Source: Haplodiscus bocki
Lineage: Eukaryota
Direction: 5' to 3'
Length of the DNA stretch: 64,000 nucleotides
Assembly (NCBI GenBank): GCA_965655095.1
Contig: OZ296656.1
Coordinates: 51,832,001-51,896,000 of the forward strand
Shown: piece after piece, positions 14,420 to 29,000 of the stretch
Position numbering within the stretch: position 1 is the stretch's first letter
Layout: every line of letters begins with the position of its first letter
Program-made: the position numbers and the translations under genes
The notes under the pieces: model-generated
Told to the model about the DNA's origin: nothing
The model's database searches: none
The model's input: the letters and a program-made list of their open reading frames with translations, nothing else

Positions 14420-15239
14420 GTGACTCCCAATACCAGTAGCACTAACAGCACGGCTTCAAAGAGACTGATCACTGATCTATAATTTGCCACAGAAACAACA
14501 GAAAAAAAATGTTTATACAAAGATTACTACAGTTGTTAGTTATGGGCCAATTCAGCTCATTGCCACAATGCTGATACCAAAATTGTACCATCACAGTGAA
14601 TGGGGATTGAAGTCTTCCGTTGAAAGTTGATCCTGCGAAGTATATCCAGATATAAAAGTCGTTTGCGTCCAAACCGTTCGAAAACTTTTGACCATCGGGG
14701 AATTTCTTCGATGGGCCAGTTAATCATATAAAAAAAGTCTAGGTCCTTAATATACAATAATCCAGGCTTATGGGGCAAAAGCTGGGTCGTTAAATTGATT
14801 TTCCCAGATAAAGTTGATCACACCATCAACACAATATGCTTCTCTAACAACATTTTTTCTAGCCCTGGCTGATTTCGCACCAGAAAAAACCTCTCCGATT
14901 TTTTTCCATGTCAAACACAGCAACTTCTGCGAATTTTGGCCTGGTTTTAAGTGGGTATAATTTACGAGTGAAGGTGATTCGCTAGGGCAGAAGAACAAAA
15001 AGTGAGTTAGAACAGCAGAAAAATTTTTTAATTGATTTTAGCAGAAAAAAAAAGAATAAGAGTTGTGGAAAAAACAATTTTGCACCAATTGAGAGTTTTT
15101 AAGGCAGTAAGCTCTCCACACTGTAGGTGAAAAAATCGTTCGCTTATGAATATCTGCCGAAATTCAATTTAGAAAAGCGAGTCTCTCACAGTCAGTGGAA
15201 GAAAGAAAAAAGTGCCGTAACCACCTATTAGATAAGACA

Positions 15240-18200
15240 AGTACGCTCTCTACAGGGCTGAAACATTGAAGCATTGAAAGGCTGAAAAACAAACGCAAAG
15301 AAACCTTGAACCAGGAAAAAAACTAAAAGTCCTACGACTTAGTAAAATTTTCCCCAAGTTTTGTCAGACTTGGTCATAGTGCAAGTCGGTGACTCACAGT
15401 ACCAGTAGCACTAAGAACACGTCTTCCGAGAAACTGATGACTGAACCATCGTTTACAGCTAAAACAGCAGAGGAGAAAAGTTTGGACAAAGCTAAATAAA
15501 AATGCTAGTTATGGACCAATTCAGCTCATTTACACACGGCTGATACCAAAAAAGTACTTTCACAGTGAATGAGGATTGAAGGGTTCTGCCTAAAAATGAT
15601 CCTGCGAAGTATATCCAGGTGCAAAAACGGTAACTTACAAGTAAACAGATCGAAAATTTTTCACCTTCCGGGAATATCATCCATGGGCCGGTTAATCATA
15701 TTAAAAGCATCTAGGTCCTTAATACACAAATTTCCAGGTTTAAGGGTCAAAATATGCGTCGTTATATTGATCTTCCCAGATAACGTTGATCACGCCATCA
15801 ACACAGTACGATTCTCTAGCAACTTCTTTTCCAGGCCTGCCTGAATTCGCACCAGAAAAATTTTATTTCAACTTTTTTCCCTTGTGAAACACAGCAACTT
15901 CCTAAACTTTTTGTTTGGTTTTACGCAGGTGCAATTTACAAATGAAGGTGATTTCTTTGGACAAAATAACCAAAGTTTGAGTTAGAACAGCAGAAATTTT
16001 TTAGGTGATTTTCTGAAACAAAAATGGATAACGGTTGTGGAGACACGAATATGCACCAATTGAGTGTTTTTGAGGCAGTAAGCTCTCCACACTGTAGGTG
16101 AAACAATCGTTTGCTTATCAATGTCTGCCGAGTTTCAATTTAGAAAAGCGAGTCTCTCACGGTCAAGCAAAGAAAGAAAAAATTGGCGTTACGACCTCAT
16201 AAAAAAACAATTACGCTCTCTACAGGGCTGAAACATCGAAGCATTGAAAAGCTGAAAAACAAACGCAGAAAACTTTGAGCCAGGAAAAGTAACTAAATAA
16301 ACTACGACTTAGTAAACTTTTCTCCAATTTTGTCAAACTTGGTTCTAGAGCATCTCGGTGATTCCCAGTACCAGTAGCACTAACAGCACGGCTTCCGAGA
16401 TACTGATCACCGAACTAACGTTTGTCACCTAAACAACAGAGCAGAAATGTTCAGACGAAGATTACTATAGCTGTTAGTTTTGAACAAATTCGTTTCATTG
16501 CCACCCTGCTGATAGCGAAGAAGTACCTTCCCAGTCAATGGGGATTGAAGTTTTCTGTTGAAAATTGATCTTGCGAAAAACATGAGGAATAGAAAGGTCA
16601 CTTGCATCTAAACAGATCGAAACTGTTCTGACCTTCCAGGAGTTTTATCCATGGGCCAAGTAATCAATTAAAAGACTTCTACGTCCCTGATATACAAAAT
16701 TCGAGGCTTGATGGTCAAATTATGAGTAGTTATATTGATCTTCCCAGATAACGTTGATCACGCCGTCAACACAAAATGCTTCCCTTGCATCTTTTTTTCT
16801 AGGCTTGACTGAATTCGCACCAGAAAAAAACTTTTCCAATTCTTTTCCATGTGAAACACAGCAACTTCTGAAAAAATTTGTCTGATTTTACGCAGATGCA
16901 ATTTACGAACGAAGGTGATTTGTTTGGACAGAAGAACCCAAGTTTGAGTTAGAACAACCAATTAAGAGCTCTAAAGGCAGTAAGCTCTCCACACTGTAGG
17001 TGAAACAATCGTTTGCCTATCAATGTCTGCCGAGTTTCAATTTAGAAAAGCGAGTCTCTCACGGTCAAGCAAAGAAAGAAAAAAGTGGTGTTACCACCTT
17101 ATAGATAAAACAAGTACGCTCTCCACAGGGCTGAAACATTGAAGCATTGAAAGGCTGAAAAACAAACGCAAAGAAACCTTGAACCAGGAAAAAAACTAAA
17201 AGTCCTACGACTTAGTAAAGTTTTCTCCAAGTTTTGTCAGACTTGGTCATAGTGCAAGTCGGTGACTCACAGTACCAGTAGCACTAAGAACACGTCTTCC
17301 GAGAAACTGATGACTGAACCATCGTTTACAGCTAAAACAGCAGAGGAGAAAAGTTTGGACAAAGCTAAATAAAAATGCTAGTTATGGACCAATTCAGCTC
17401 ATTTACACACGGCTGATACCAAAAAAGTACTTTCACAGTGAATGAGGATTGAAGGGTTCTGCCTAAAAATGATCCTGCGAAGTATATCCAGGTGCAAAAA
17501 CGGTAACTTACAAGTAAACAGATCGAAAATTTTTCACCTTCCGGGAATATCATCCATGGGCCGGTTAATCATATTAAAAGCATCTAGGTCCTTAATACAC
17601 AAATTTCCAGGTTTAAGGGTCAAAATATGCGTCGTTATATTGATCTTCCCAGATAACGTTGATCACGCCATCAACACAGTACGATTCTCTAGCAGCTTCT
17701 TTTCCAGGCCTGCCTGAATTTGCACCAGAAAAATTTTATTTCAACTTCTTTTCCCTTGTGGAACACAGCAACTTCCTAAAATTTTTGTTTGGCTTTACGC
17801 AGGTGCAATTTACAAATGACGGTGATTTCTTTGGACAAAAAAACCTAAGTTTGAGTTAGAACAGCAGAATTTTTTTAAGTTGATTTTCTGAAAGAAAAAT
17901 GGATAACGGTTGTGGAGACACGAATATGCACCAATTGAGTGTTTTTGGGGCAGTAAGCTCTCCACACTGTAGGTGAAACAATCGTTTGCTTATCAATGTC
18001 TGCCGAGTTTCAATTTAGAAAAGCGAGTCTCTCACGGTCAAGCAAAGAAAAAAAAATTGGCGTTACGATCTCATAAAAAAACAATTACGCTCTCTACAGG
18101 GCTGAAACATCGAAGCATTGAAAAGCTGAAAAACAAACGCAGAAAACTTTGAGCTAGGAAAAGTAACTAAATAAACTACCACTTTGTAAACTTTTCTCCA

Positions 18201-19000
18201 ATTTTGTCAAACTTGGTTCTAGAGCATCTCGGTGATTCCCAGTACCAGTAGCACTAACAACACGGCTTCCGAGATACTGATCATCAAACTAACGTTTGTC
18301 ACCTAAACAACAGAGCAGAAATGTTCAGACGAAGATTACTATAGCTGTTAGTTTTGAACAAATTCGTTTCATTGCCACCCTGCTGATAGCGAAGAAGTAC
18401 CTTCCCAGTCAATGGGGATTGAAGTTTTCTGTTGAAAATTGATCTTGCGAAAAACATGAGGAATAGAAAGGTCACTTGCATCTAAACAGATCGAAACTGT
18501 TCTGACCTTCCAGGAGTTTTATCCATGGGCCAAGTAATCAATTAAAAGACTTCTACGTCCCTGATATACAAAATTCGAGGCTTGATGGTCAAATTATGAG
18601 TAGTTATATTGATCTTCCCAGATAACGTTGATCACGCCGTCAACACAAAATGCTTCCCTTGCATCTTTTTTTCTAGGCTTGACTGAATTCGCACCAGAAA
18701 AAAACTTTTCCAATTCTTTTCCATGTGAAACACAGCAACTTCTGAAAAATTTTGTCTGATTTTACGAAGATACAATTTACGAACGAAGGTGATTTGTTTG
18801 GACAGAAGAACCAAAGTTTGAGTTAGAACAACCAATTAAAAGTTTTAAAGGCAGTAAGCTCTCCACACTGTAGGTGAAACAATCGTTTGCCTATCAATGT
18901 CTGCCGAGTTTCAATTTAGAAAAGCGAGTCTCTCACGGTCAAGCAAAGAAAGAAAAAAGTGGTGTTACCATCTTATAGATAAAACAAGTACGCTCTCTAC
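15240..19000 (+). repeat. Dimeric higher-order repeat, 2 x 1873 bp
   Basis: Anchors 15389/16358/17262/18232/19135 give spacings 969, 904, 970, 903. ORF pairs 15492/17365, 15569/17442, 16425/18299. Both short monomers share a ~65-bp deletion (TTAGAACAACCAATT at ~16955 and ~18830). Confidence 0.93.
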
Positions 19001-19134
19001 AGGGCTGAAACATCGATGCATTAAAAAACTGAAAATCAAACGAAGAAAAGCTTGAGTCCCAAAAAAATACTAAATCTGCTACGACTTAGCATACTTTTCC
19101 CAATTTTTGCCAACCGTGGTCACAGTGATTCTTG

Positions 19135-21650
19135 GTGACTCACAGTACCAGCAGCACCAACAGCACGGCTTCTCAGAAACTGATCACTGATCTATCGTTT
19201 GCAACTGAAACAACAGTGGAGAAGGATTCGGAAAAAGATTACTACATTTATTATTTATGGACCAGTTCAGCTCACTGCTACCCTATTGATACCGAAATTG
19301 TGCCTTCCTAGTGACTGGGGTTTGAACTATTCTGTTGAAAGTAGATCATGCAAAGTACATCCAGAAAAAAAAACGTCGTTTCCATGTAAACAGATCGAAA
19401 AAATTTTGACCTTCCAGGAATTCCATCCATGAGCCAATTAATCATATAAATGTCTTCTAGTTCCTTATTATACAAAGTTCTAGGATTACGGGTCATAATC
19501 TGGGTCGTTAAATTGATCTTCCCAGATAACCTTCAGCTCATCATTAACATAATATGTTTCTTGAATAACTTTTTCTGTAGACCTGGCTGAATTCGCACCA
19601 GTAAAAAAATCTTTTCCGATTTTTTCCCATGTGAAACACAGCAATTTCTGAAACATTTTGTCTGGTTTTATGCAGGTGTAATTTACGAGTGAAGGTGATT
19701 CGTTTGGGCAAAAGAAGCAAAGTTTGCATTGGAACAGCTCAATTGTTTTTTCGGTTGATTTTGTAATAGAAAAAAAAGATAACAGTTGCTGAAAAAAGCT
19801 TTTGCACCAATTGAGAGTTTTAAAGGCAGTACGCTCTCGACACTGTAGGTGAAGCAATCGTTTGCGTATCAATGTTTGCCGAGTTTCAATTTAGAAAAGC
19901 GAGCCTCTAACGGTCAGGGAAAAGAAGAAAGAAGTGGCGTTAACACCTCATAAAAAAAAACAAGTACGCTCTCTACAAAGCTGAAACATCGAAGCATGGA
20001 AGGTTGAAAAAATAACGCAAAAAAACCTTGAGCCAGGAAAAGTAACTAAATAAACTACGACTTAGTAAACTTTGCCCATTTTTGCCAACCTTGATCATGA
20101 AGCTTCTCGGTGACTCACAGTACCAGCAGCACCAACAACACGGCTTCTCAGAAATTGATCACTGATCTATCGTTTGCCGCTGAAGCAACAGTGGAGAAGG
20201 AATCGGAAAAAGATTGCCACATTTGTTATTTATGGATCAATTCAGCTCATTGCCGCCCTATTGATACCAAAATTGTACTTTCCCAGTGATTGGGGTTTGA
20301 ACTATTGGGGTTTGAAGTAGATCCTGCAAAGTACATCCAGAAAAAAAACGTCGTTTCCATGTAAACTGATTGAAAAAATTTTGACCTTCCAGGAATTTCA
20401 TCCATGAGCCAATTAATCATAAAAATGTCTTCTAGTTCCTTTTTATACAAAGTTCTAGGATTACGGGTCATAATTTGGGTCGGTAAATTGATCTTCCCAG
20501 ATAACCTTCAGCTCATCATCAACATAATATGCTTCTTGAATAACTTTTTCTGTAGACCTGGCTGAATTCGCACCAGTAAAAAAATCTTTTCCGATTTTTT
20601 CCCATGTGAAACACAGCAATTTCTGAAACATTTTGTCTGGTTTTATGCAGGTGTAATTTACGAGTGAAGGTGATTCGTTTGGGCAAAAGAAGCAAAGTTT
20701 GCATTGGAACAGCTCAATTGTTTTTCGGTTGATCTTGTAATAGAAAAAAAGGATAACAGTTGCTGAAAAACGCTTTTGCACCAATTGAGAGTTTCAAAGG
20801 CAGTACGCTCTCGATACTGTAGGTGAAGCAATCGTTTGCGTATCAATGTTTGCCGAGTTTCAATTTAGAAAAGCGAGCCTCTAACGGTCAGGGAAAGGAA
20901 GAAAGAAGTGGCGTTAACACCTCATAAAAAAACAAGTACGCTCTCTACAAAGCTGAAACATCGAAGCATGGAAAGTTGAAAAAATAACGCAAAAAACCTT
21001 GAGCCAGGAAAAGTAACTAATTATACTACGACTTAGTAAACTTTGCCCATTTTTGCCAACCTTGGTCATGAAGCTTCTCGGTGACTCACAGTACCAGCAG
21101 CACCAACAGCACGGCTTCGCAGAAACTGATCACTGATCTATCGTTTGCCGCTGAAGCAACAGTGGAGAAGGATTCGGAAAAAGATTACCACATATGTTAT
21201 TTATGGACCAATTCAGTTAATTGCCACCCTATTGATACCAAAATTGTAAATTCCCAGTGATTGAGGTTGGAACTATTGTGGTTTGAAGTAGATCCTGCAA
21301 AGTAGATCCAGAAAAAAAGGTCGTATCTATATAAACTGATTGAAAAAGTTTTGACCTTCCAGGAATTTCTTCCATGAGCCAATTGTTCTTATAAAAAACT
21401 TCTAGGTCCTTAATAAACAAAATTCTAGGGTTACGGGTCAATCTGGTTCGTTAAATTGATCTTCCGAGATAACCTTCAGCTCATCATCAACAAATTATGC
21501 TTCGCGACTAACTTTTGTTACAGACCTGGCTGAGTTCGCACTAGAAAAAAAAACCTTTCCGATTTTTTACCATGCGAAACACAGCAACTTCTGAGACTTT
21601 TTGTTTGGTTTTATGCACGTGTAATTTACGAGTGAAGGTGATTTGTTTGG
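19135..21650 (+). repeat. Local run of 2-3 closely related monomers
   Basis: Shared GAAGTAGATC/AAAGTAGATC, CCATGAGCC and ACCTTCAGCTCATC. ORF pair 19544/20519 (offset 975). Confidence 0.85.
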
Positions 21651-23038
21651 CAAAAGAAGCAAAAATTGCGTTGGAACAGCAGAGTAGTTTTTTCGGTTGA
21701 TTTTATAAAAGAAAAAAGGATGGCAGTTGCGTAAAAACGGTTTTGCACCAAGTGAGATTTCCTTAGGCAGTGAGTTCTCAACACTGTAGGTGAAACAATC
21801 GTTTGCTGATCAATGTTTGCGAGGTTGCAAAACACGTGAGGCCAGTTGTTTGTGATAGGACAGATTCCAAAAATGGTTTCTTTGATGGACTGAAACATCG
21901 AAGCATTGAAAAGCTGAAAAACAAAGGCCGAAAAACCGTGATCCCGAAAAAAATTATCTAAATAAAGCCTAAAAAACGCAGAGAAACCTTGTGCCCGAAA
22001 AATCAAAAAATTTAGTACGACTGCGTAAACTTTTTCAAATTTTTGTCAAAGTTGGGCATAGAGCAACTCGGTGACTACCAGTAACAGTAGCACCAACAGC
22101 ACGGCTTCTCAGAAATTGATCATTGACCAATCGTTTTTTCCGCTGAAACAACAGAGAAAAATTCGGAAAAAGGTTAATACATTTGTTATTTATGGACCAA
22201 TTCAGCTCATTGCCACCCTGCTGATACCAAAATTGTATCTTCGCAGTGAATGGGGATTGAACTTTTCTGTTGAAAGTTGATCCTGCGAACTACATCCAAA
22301 AAAAATAGGTCGTTTCCATGTAAACAGATCGAAAAAATTTCGAAAATGCAGGAATTTCAACCATGAGCCAATTATTCAAATAAAAAACTTATAGGTCCTT
22401 AATATACAAAATTCTAGTGTTACGGGTTATAATTTGGGTCGTTAAAATGACCTTCCCAAATAAATTTCAGCTCATCATCAACATATTATGCTTCTCGAAC
22501 CACTTTTTTGTAGCCCTGGCTGAAATCGCGCCAGAAATTATAAATTTCCAATTTTTTTCCATGTGAAACACAGCAACTTCTGGAAACTTTTGCCTTGTTT
22601 TAAGTAGGTATAATTTACGAGTGAATGTCATTTGTTTGGGCAGAAGAACTAAAATTTGAGGAAGAACAGCATAAGAAGCTAATTTCCAGTTGATTTTGAA
22701 AAAAAAGGAAAACACTAGCGGAAAAATGATTTCTCAGCAATTGAGTGTTTTCAAGGCAGTAAGTTCTCGACACTGTAGGTGAAACAATCGTTTGCTGATC
22801 AATGTTTGCGAGGTTGCAATTACCAGAGGCCAGTTGGTAAGACAGAAAGATGCACTTCGTAAGAAACTGGCATACCCAATTCCAGGACACCAAAACTACG
22901 CTCATTGCGGGGCTGAAACATCAAAACATTGAAAACCTTAAAAAACGCAGAAAAATCTTGTGCCCAGAAAAACAGCAAAATGTACTACGACTTAATAAAC
23001 TTCCCAGTTTTTGCCAAAGCTGGGCATAGAGCAACTCC

Positions 23039-26000
23039 GTGACTTCCACTACCAGTAGCACTAACAGCGCTGCTTCCGAAAAACTGATCACTGATCTATC
23101 GTTTGCCGCTGAAACAACAGAGAAGGATTTGGACAAAGACTACTACATTTGTTGTTGTTTATGGACTAATTCAGCTCATTGCCAACCTGCTGATACCGGA
23201 ATTGTACCTTCACTTTGAGAGGGGGTTGAACTGTACTTTTGGAAGTTGATCCTGCGTCCTATATCAAGAAAAAATAGGTCGTTTACATGTAAAGCGATCG
23301 AAAAAATTTGACATTTCAGGAATATCATCCACGGGCCAGTTAATCCTATAAAAAAGCTTTTATCTCCTTAATGTACAAAAGTCTAGGCCTAAGGGCTAAA
23401 AAATGGGTCGTCAAATTGATTTTCCCAATTAACGTTTAGCACGACATCAACTTATTATGCTTCTCCAACAACTTTTATTGTAGCCCTAGCTGAACTCCCA
23501 CCAGAAAAAAAAAACTTTGCCGATTGTGTTTCCATGTGAAACACAGCAACCTCTAGAACTTTTTGTCTGGTTTTAAGCAGTTGTAACTTACGACTGAAGG
23601 TGATTCCTTCGGGCAGAAGAACCAAAGTTTGAGGAACAACAAAAAAAGAAGCATTTTTTCAGTTGATTTTGGAAAAGAAACATGAAAAAAAGTTGCAGAA
23701 AAACGATTCTGCACCAATTGAGATTTCATGAGGCAGTAGGTTCTCGGCACCGTAGGTGAAACAATCGTTTGCTGATCAATGCCTCCAAAGTTACGTTTAT
23801 AAGAGGCGTGTTGTTTGCGGTAAAACAGAAAGATGTGCTGCGTAAAAAGCTGGCTTTTCCACTTCGGTGACATCAAAACTACTTTCCTTCAAGGGCTGAA
23901 ACATCGAACCATTGAGAAACTGAAAAGCAAACGCAGAAATCCTCAAAACTAGAAAAAAAGCTAAAGGTACTAAGACTGAGTAAACTTTTCTCCAATTTTG
24001 TAAAACTTGGACATAGAGCAAGTCGGTGACTCCCAGTACCAACAGCACGGCTTCTCAGAAACTGATCACTGATTTATCGTTTTCCGATGAAACAACAGAG
24101 AAGAATTCGGAAAAAGGTTAATACATTTGTTTTTTATGGACCAAATCAGCTCATTGCCACCCTACTGCTACCGAAATTGTACCTTGCCAGTCAATGCGGC
24201 TTGAATTATTCTGTTGAAAGTGGATCCTGCAGAGTACATCCGGAAAAAAAAGTCGCTTCCATGTCAACAGATCGAAAAAGATTTGACATTCCAGGAATTT
24301 CATCCATGGGCCACCTAATCATATAAATAACTCTTAGATCCCCAATATACAAAATTCCAGGCTTACGGGTCATAATGTGGGTCGTTGAATTGATCTTCCC
24401 AGATAACTTTTAACACGTCATCAACATATTATACTTCTCGAACAACTGCTTTTCTAGCCCTGGCTGATATCGCAGCAGAAGAAAAAATTTCCCGTTTCTT
24501 CTCTACGTGAAACACAGCAACCTCTGGAACTTTATTTCTGGTTTTAAGCTGTTGTAAATTACGAGTGAAGGTGATTTGCTGGGCAGAAGCACCAAAGTTT
24601 GAGCAACAACAACAGAAGAAACTATTTTTGAGTTGAGTTTGAAAAAAAAATTGAAAAACAGTTTCAAAAAATTGATTTTGCACCAATTGGGAGTGTTCAA
24701 GGCAAAAAGCGCTCAATAAGGTAAGTGAAACAATCGTTTACTGATCAATCTTTGCAAGGTTGCAACTATAGGAGGCAAGTTGGCTCGGTCAGACAAAAAA
24801 AAATGTACCTCGTAATAAGCTACCTTTCTCACTTTGAAGACACCGAAACTACTCTCTTTGCAGGGCTGAAACATCAAAGCACTGAAAAGCTGGAAAACAA
24901 AAGGCCGAAAAACCGTGATCCCGAAAAAAAACCACGTTTTAGTGAATTTTTCCCATTTTTTGTCAAACTTGGGCAAAGACAAACTCGGTGACTTCCACTA
25001 CCAGTAGCACTAACAGCGCCGCTTCCGAAAAACTGATCACTGATCTATCGTTTGCCGCTGAAACAACAGAGAAGGATTTGGACAAAGACTACTACATTTG
25101 TTGTTGTTTATGGACTAATTCAGCTCATTGCCAACCTGCTGATACCGGAATTGTACCTTCACTTTGAGAGGGGGTTGAACTGTACTTTTGGAAGTTGATC
25201 CTGCGTCCTATATCAAGAAAAAATAGGTCGTTTACATGTAAAGCGATCGAAAAAATTTGACATTTCAGGAATATCATCCACGGGCCAGTTAATCCTATAA
25301 AAAAGCTTTTATCTCCTTAATGTACAAAAGTCTAGGCCTAAGGGCTAAAAAATGGGTCGTCAAATTGATTTTCCCAATTAACGTTTAGCACGACATCAAC
25401 TTATTATGCTTCTCCAACAACTTTTATTGTAGCCCTAGCTGAACTCCCACCAGAAAAAAAAACTTTGCCGATTGTGTTTCCATGTGAAACACATCAACCT
25501 CTAGAACTTTTTGTCTGGTTTTAAGCAGTTGTAACTTACGACTGAAGGTGATTCCTTCGGGCAGAAGAACCAAAGTTTGAGGAACAACAAAAAAAGAAGC
25601 ATTTTTTCAGTTGATTTTGGAAAAGAAACATGAAAAAAAGTTGCAGAAAAACGATTCTGCACCAATTGAGATTTCATGAGGCAGTAGGTTCTCGGCACCG
25701 TAGGTGAAACAATCGTTTGTTGATCAATGTCTGCAAAGTTACACCTATATGAGGCGCGTTGTTTGCAGTAAAACAGAAAGACGTGCTTCGGAAAAAGCTG
25801 GCACTTCCACTTCGGAGACATCAAAACTACTCTCCTTCAAGGGCTGAAACATCGAACCATTGAGAAGCTGAAAAGCAAACGCAGAAATCCTCAAAACTAG
25901 AAAAATAGCTAAAGGTACTAAGACTGAGTAAACTTTTATCCAAGTTTGTCAAACTTGGGCATGGAGCAAGTCGGTGACTCCCAGTACCAGTAGCACCAAC

Positions 26001-29000
26001 AGCACTGCTTCTCAGAAACTGATCACTGATTTATCGTTTTCCGATGAAACAACAGAGAAGAATTCGGAAAAAGGTTAATACATTTGTTTTTTATGGACCA
26101 AATCAGCTCATTGCCACCCTACTGCTACCGAAAATGTACCTTGCCAGTGAATGCGGCTTGAATTATTCTGTTGAAAGTGGATCCTGCAGAGTACATCCGG
26201 AAAAAAAGTCGCTTCCATGTCAACAGATCGAAAAAGATTTGACATTCCAGGATTTTCATCCATGGGCCACCTAATCATATAAATAACTCTTAGATCCCCA
26301 ATATACAAAATTCCAGGCTTACGGGTCATAATGTGGGTCGTTGAATTGATCTTCGCAGATAACTTTTAACACGTCATCAACATATTATACTTCTCGAACA
26401 ACTGTTTTTCTAGTTCTGGCTGAATTCGCACCAGAAGAAAAAATCTTTCCGCTTTTTTTCTATGTGAAACACAGCAACCTCTAGAACTTTTTGTCCGGTT
26501 TTAAGCTGTTGTAAATTACGAGTGAAGGTGATTTGCTCGGGCAGAAGCACCAAAGTTTGAGAAAGAACAACAGAAGGAGCTTTTTTTGAGTTAAGTTTGA
26601 AAAAAATTGAAAAAAAGTTTCAAAAAAATAATTTTGCACCAATTGAGAGTGTTCAAGGCAAAAAGCGCTCGATGAGGTAAGTGAAATAATCGTTTACTGA
26701 TCAATCTTTGCAAGGTTGCAACTATAAGAGGCAAGTTGGTTGCGGTAAGACAAAAAAATGTACCTCGTAATAAGCTACCTTTCCCACTTCGGAGACACCG
26801 AAACTACTCTCTTTGCAGGTCTGAAACATCAAAGCACTGAAAAGCTGAAAAACAAAGGCCGAAAAACCGTGATCCCGAAAAAAATAAACCACGTTTTAAA
26901 GATTTTTTTCCCATTTTTTAACAAACTTGGGCAAAGACAAACTCGGTGACTTTCAGTACCAGTAGCATTAACAGTTCCGCTTCCGAAAAACTGATCACTG
27001 ATCTATCGTTTGCCGCTGAAACAACAGAGAAGGATTTGGACAAAGACTAATACGTTTGTTGTTTATGGACCAATTCAGCTCATTGCCAATCTGCTGATAC
27101 CGGAATTGTACCTTCCCTTTGAGAGGGGGTTGAACTGTACTTTTGGAAGTTGATCCTGCGTCCTATATCCAGAAAAATAGGTCGTTTACATGTAAAGCGA
27201 TCGAAAAAATTTGACATTTCAGGAATATCATCCACGGGCCAGTTAATCCTATAAAAAAGCTTTTATCTCCTTAATGTACAAAAGTCTAGGCCTAAGGGCT
27301 AAAAAATGGGTCGTTAAATTGATTTTCCCAATTAACGTTTAGCACGACATCAACATATTATGCTTCTCCAACAACTATTATTGTAGCCCTAGCTGAATTC
27401 CCACCAAAAAAAGAAAACTTCCCGATTGTGTTTCCATGTGAAACACAGCAAATTCTAGAACTTTTTGTCTGGTTTTAAGCAGTTGTAATTTACGACTGAA
27501 GGTGATTCCTTTGGGCAAAAGAACCAAATCTTGAGAAAAAACAAAAGAAGAAGCTTTCTTTCAGTTGATTGTGGAAAAGAAACATGAAAAAAAGTTTCAG
27601 AAGAACGATTCTGCACCAATTGAAATTTCATGAGGCAGTAGGTTCTCGGCACCGTAGGTGAAACAATCGTTTGCTGATCAATGCCTCCAAAGTTACGTTT
27701 ATAAGAGGCGTGTTGTTTGCAGTAAAACAGAAAGACGTGCTCCGTAAAAAGCCGGAACTTCCACTTGGGAGACATCAAAACTACTCTCCTTCAAGGGATG
27801 AAACACCGAACCAGTGAGAAGCTGAAAAGCAAACGCAGAAATCCTTAAAACTGGAAAACTAGCTAAAGGTACTAAGACTGAGTAAACTTTTCTCCAATTT
27901 TGTCAAACTTGGGCATAGAGCAAGTCGGTGACTCCCAGTACCAACAGCACGGCTTCTCAGAAACTGATAACTGGTCTATTGTTTTCCGATGAAACAACCG
28001 AGAAGAATTCGGAAAAAAATTGATACATTTGTTATTTATGGACCAAATCAGCTCATTGCCACCCTACGGATACCGTAATTGTACATTGCCAGTGAATGCG
28101 GTTTGAACTGTTCTGCTGAAAGTGGATCCTGCAGAGCACATCCGGAAAAAATAAGTCGCTTCCATGTAAACTGATCCGAAAAGTTTTGACATTCCAGGAA
28201 TTTCAACCAGGGGCCACCTAATCATATAAATAACTCTTAGATCCCCAATATACAAAATTCCAGGCTTACGGGTCATAATGTGGGTCGTTAAATTGATCTT
28301 CCCAGATAACCTTTAGCACGTCATCAACATTTTTTACTTCTCGAACAACTGTTTTTCTAGTTCTGGCTGAATTCGCACCAGAAGAAAAAATCTTTCCGTT
28401 TTTTTTCTATGTGAATCACAGAAACCTCTAGAATTTTTCTCTGGTTTTAAGCTGTTGTAAATTACGAGTGAAGGTGATTTGCTGGGGCAGAAGCACCAAA
28501 GTTTGAGAAAGAACAACAGCAGAACCTTTTTTTGAGTTGAGTTTGAAAAAAAAATTGAAAAACAGTTTCAAAAAATGATTTTGCAACAAGTGAGTGTTTT
28601 CAAGGCAAAAAGCGCTCGATAATGTGAGTGAAACAATCGTTTACTGATCAATCTTTGCAAGGTTGCAATTATAAGAGGCCAGTTAATTGCAGTAAGACAA
28701 AAAATTGTACCTCGTAATAAGCTACCTTTCCCACTTCGAAGACACCGAAACTACTCTCTTTACAGGGCTGAAACATCAAAGCACTGAAAAGCTGAAAAAC
28801 AAAGGCCAAAAAACCGTGATCCCGAAAAAAAACCACGTTTTAGTGAACATTTCCCGTTTTTTGTCAAACGTGGGCAAAGACAAACTCGATGACTTCCAGA
28901 ACCAGTAGCACTAACAGCGCCGTTTCCGAAATACTGATCACTGATCTATCGTTTGCGGCTGAAACAACAGAGAAGGATTTGGACAAAGACTACTACGTTG

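Noticed and set aside
15430-15470. Hammerhead ribozyme, as found in some transcribed satellites
   Set aside because: The core CTGATGA appears only as a variant in this subfamily (also ~17308). The consensus is CTGATCA, and I saw no conserved CTGANGA...GAAA with flanking helices on either strand.
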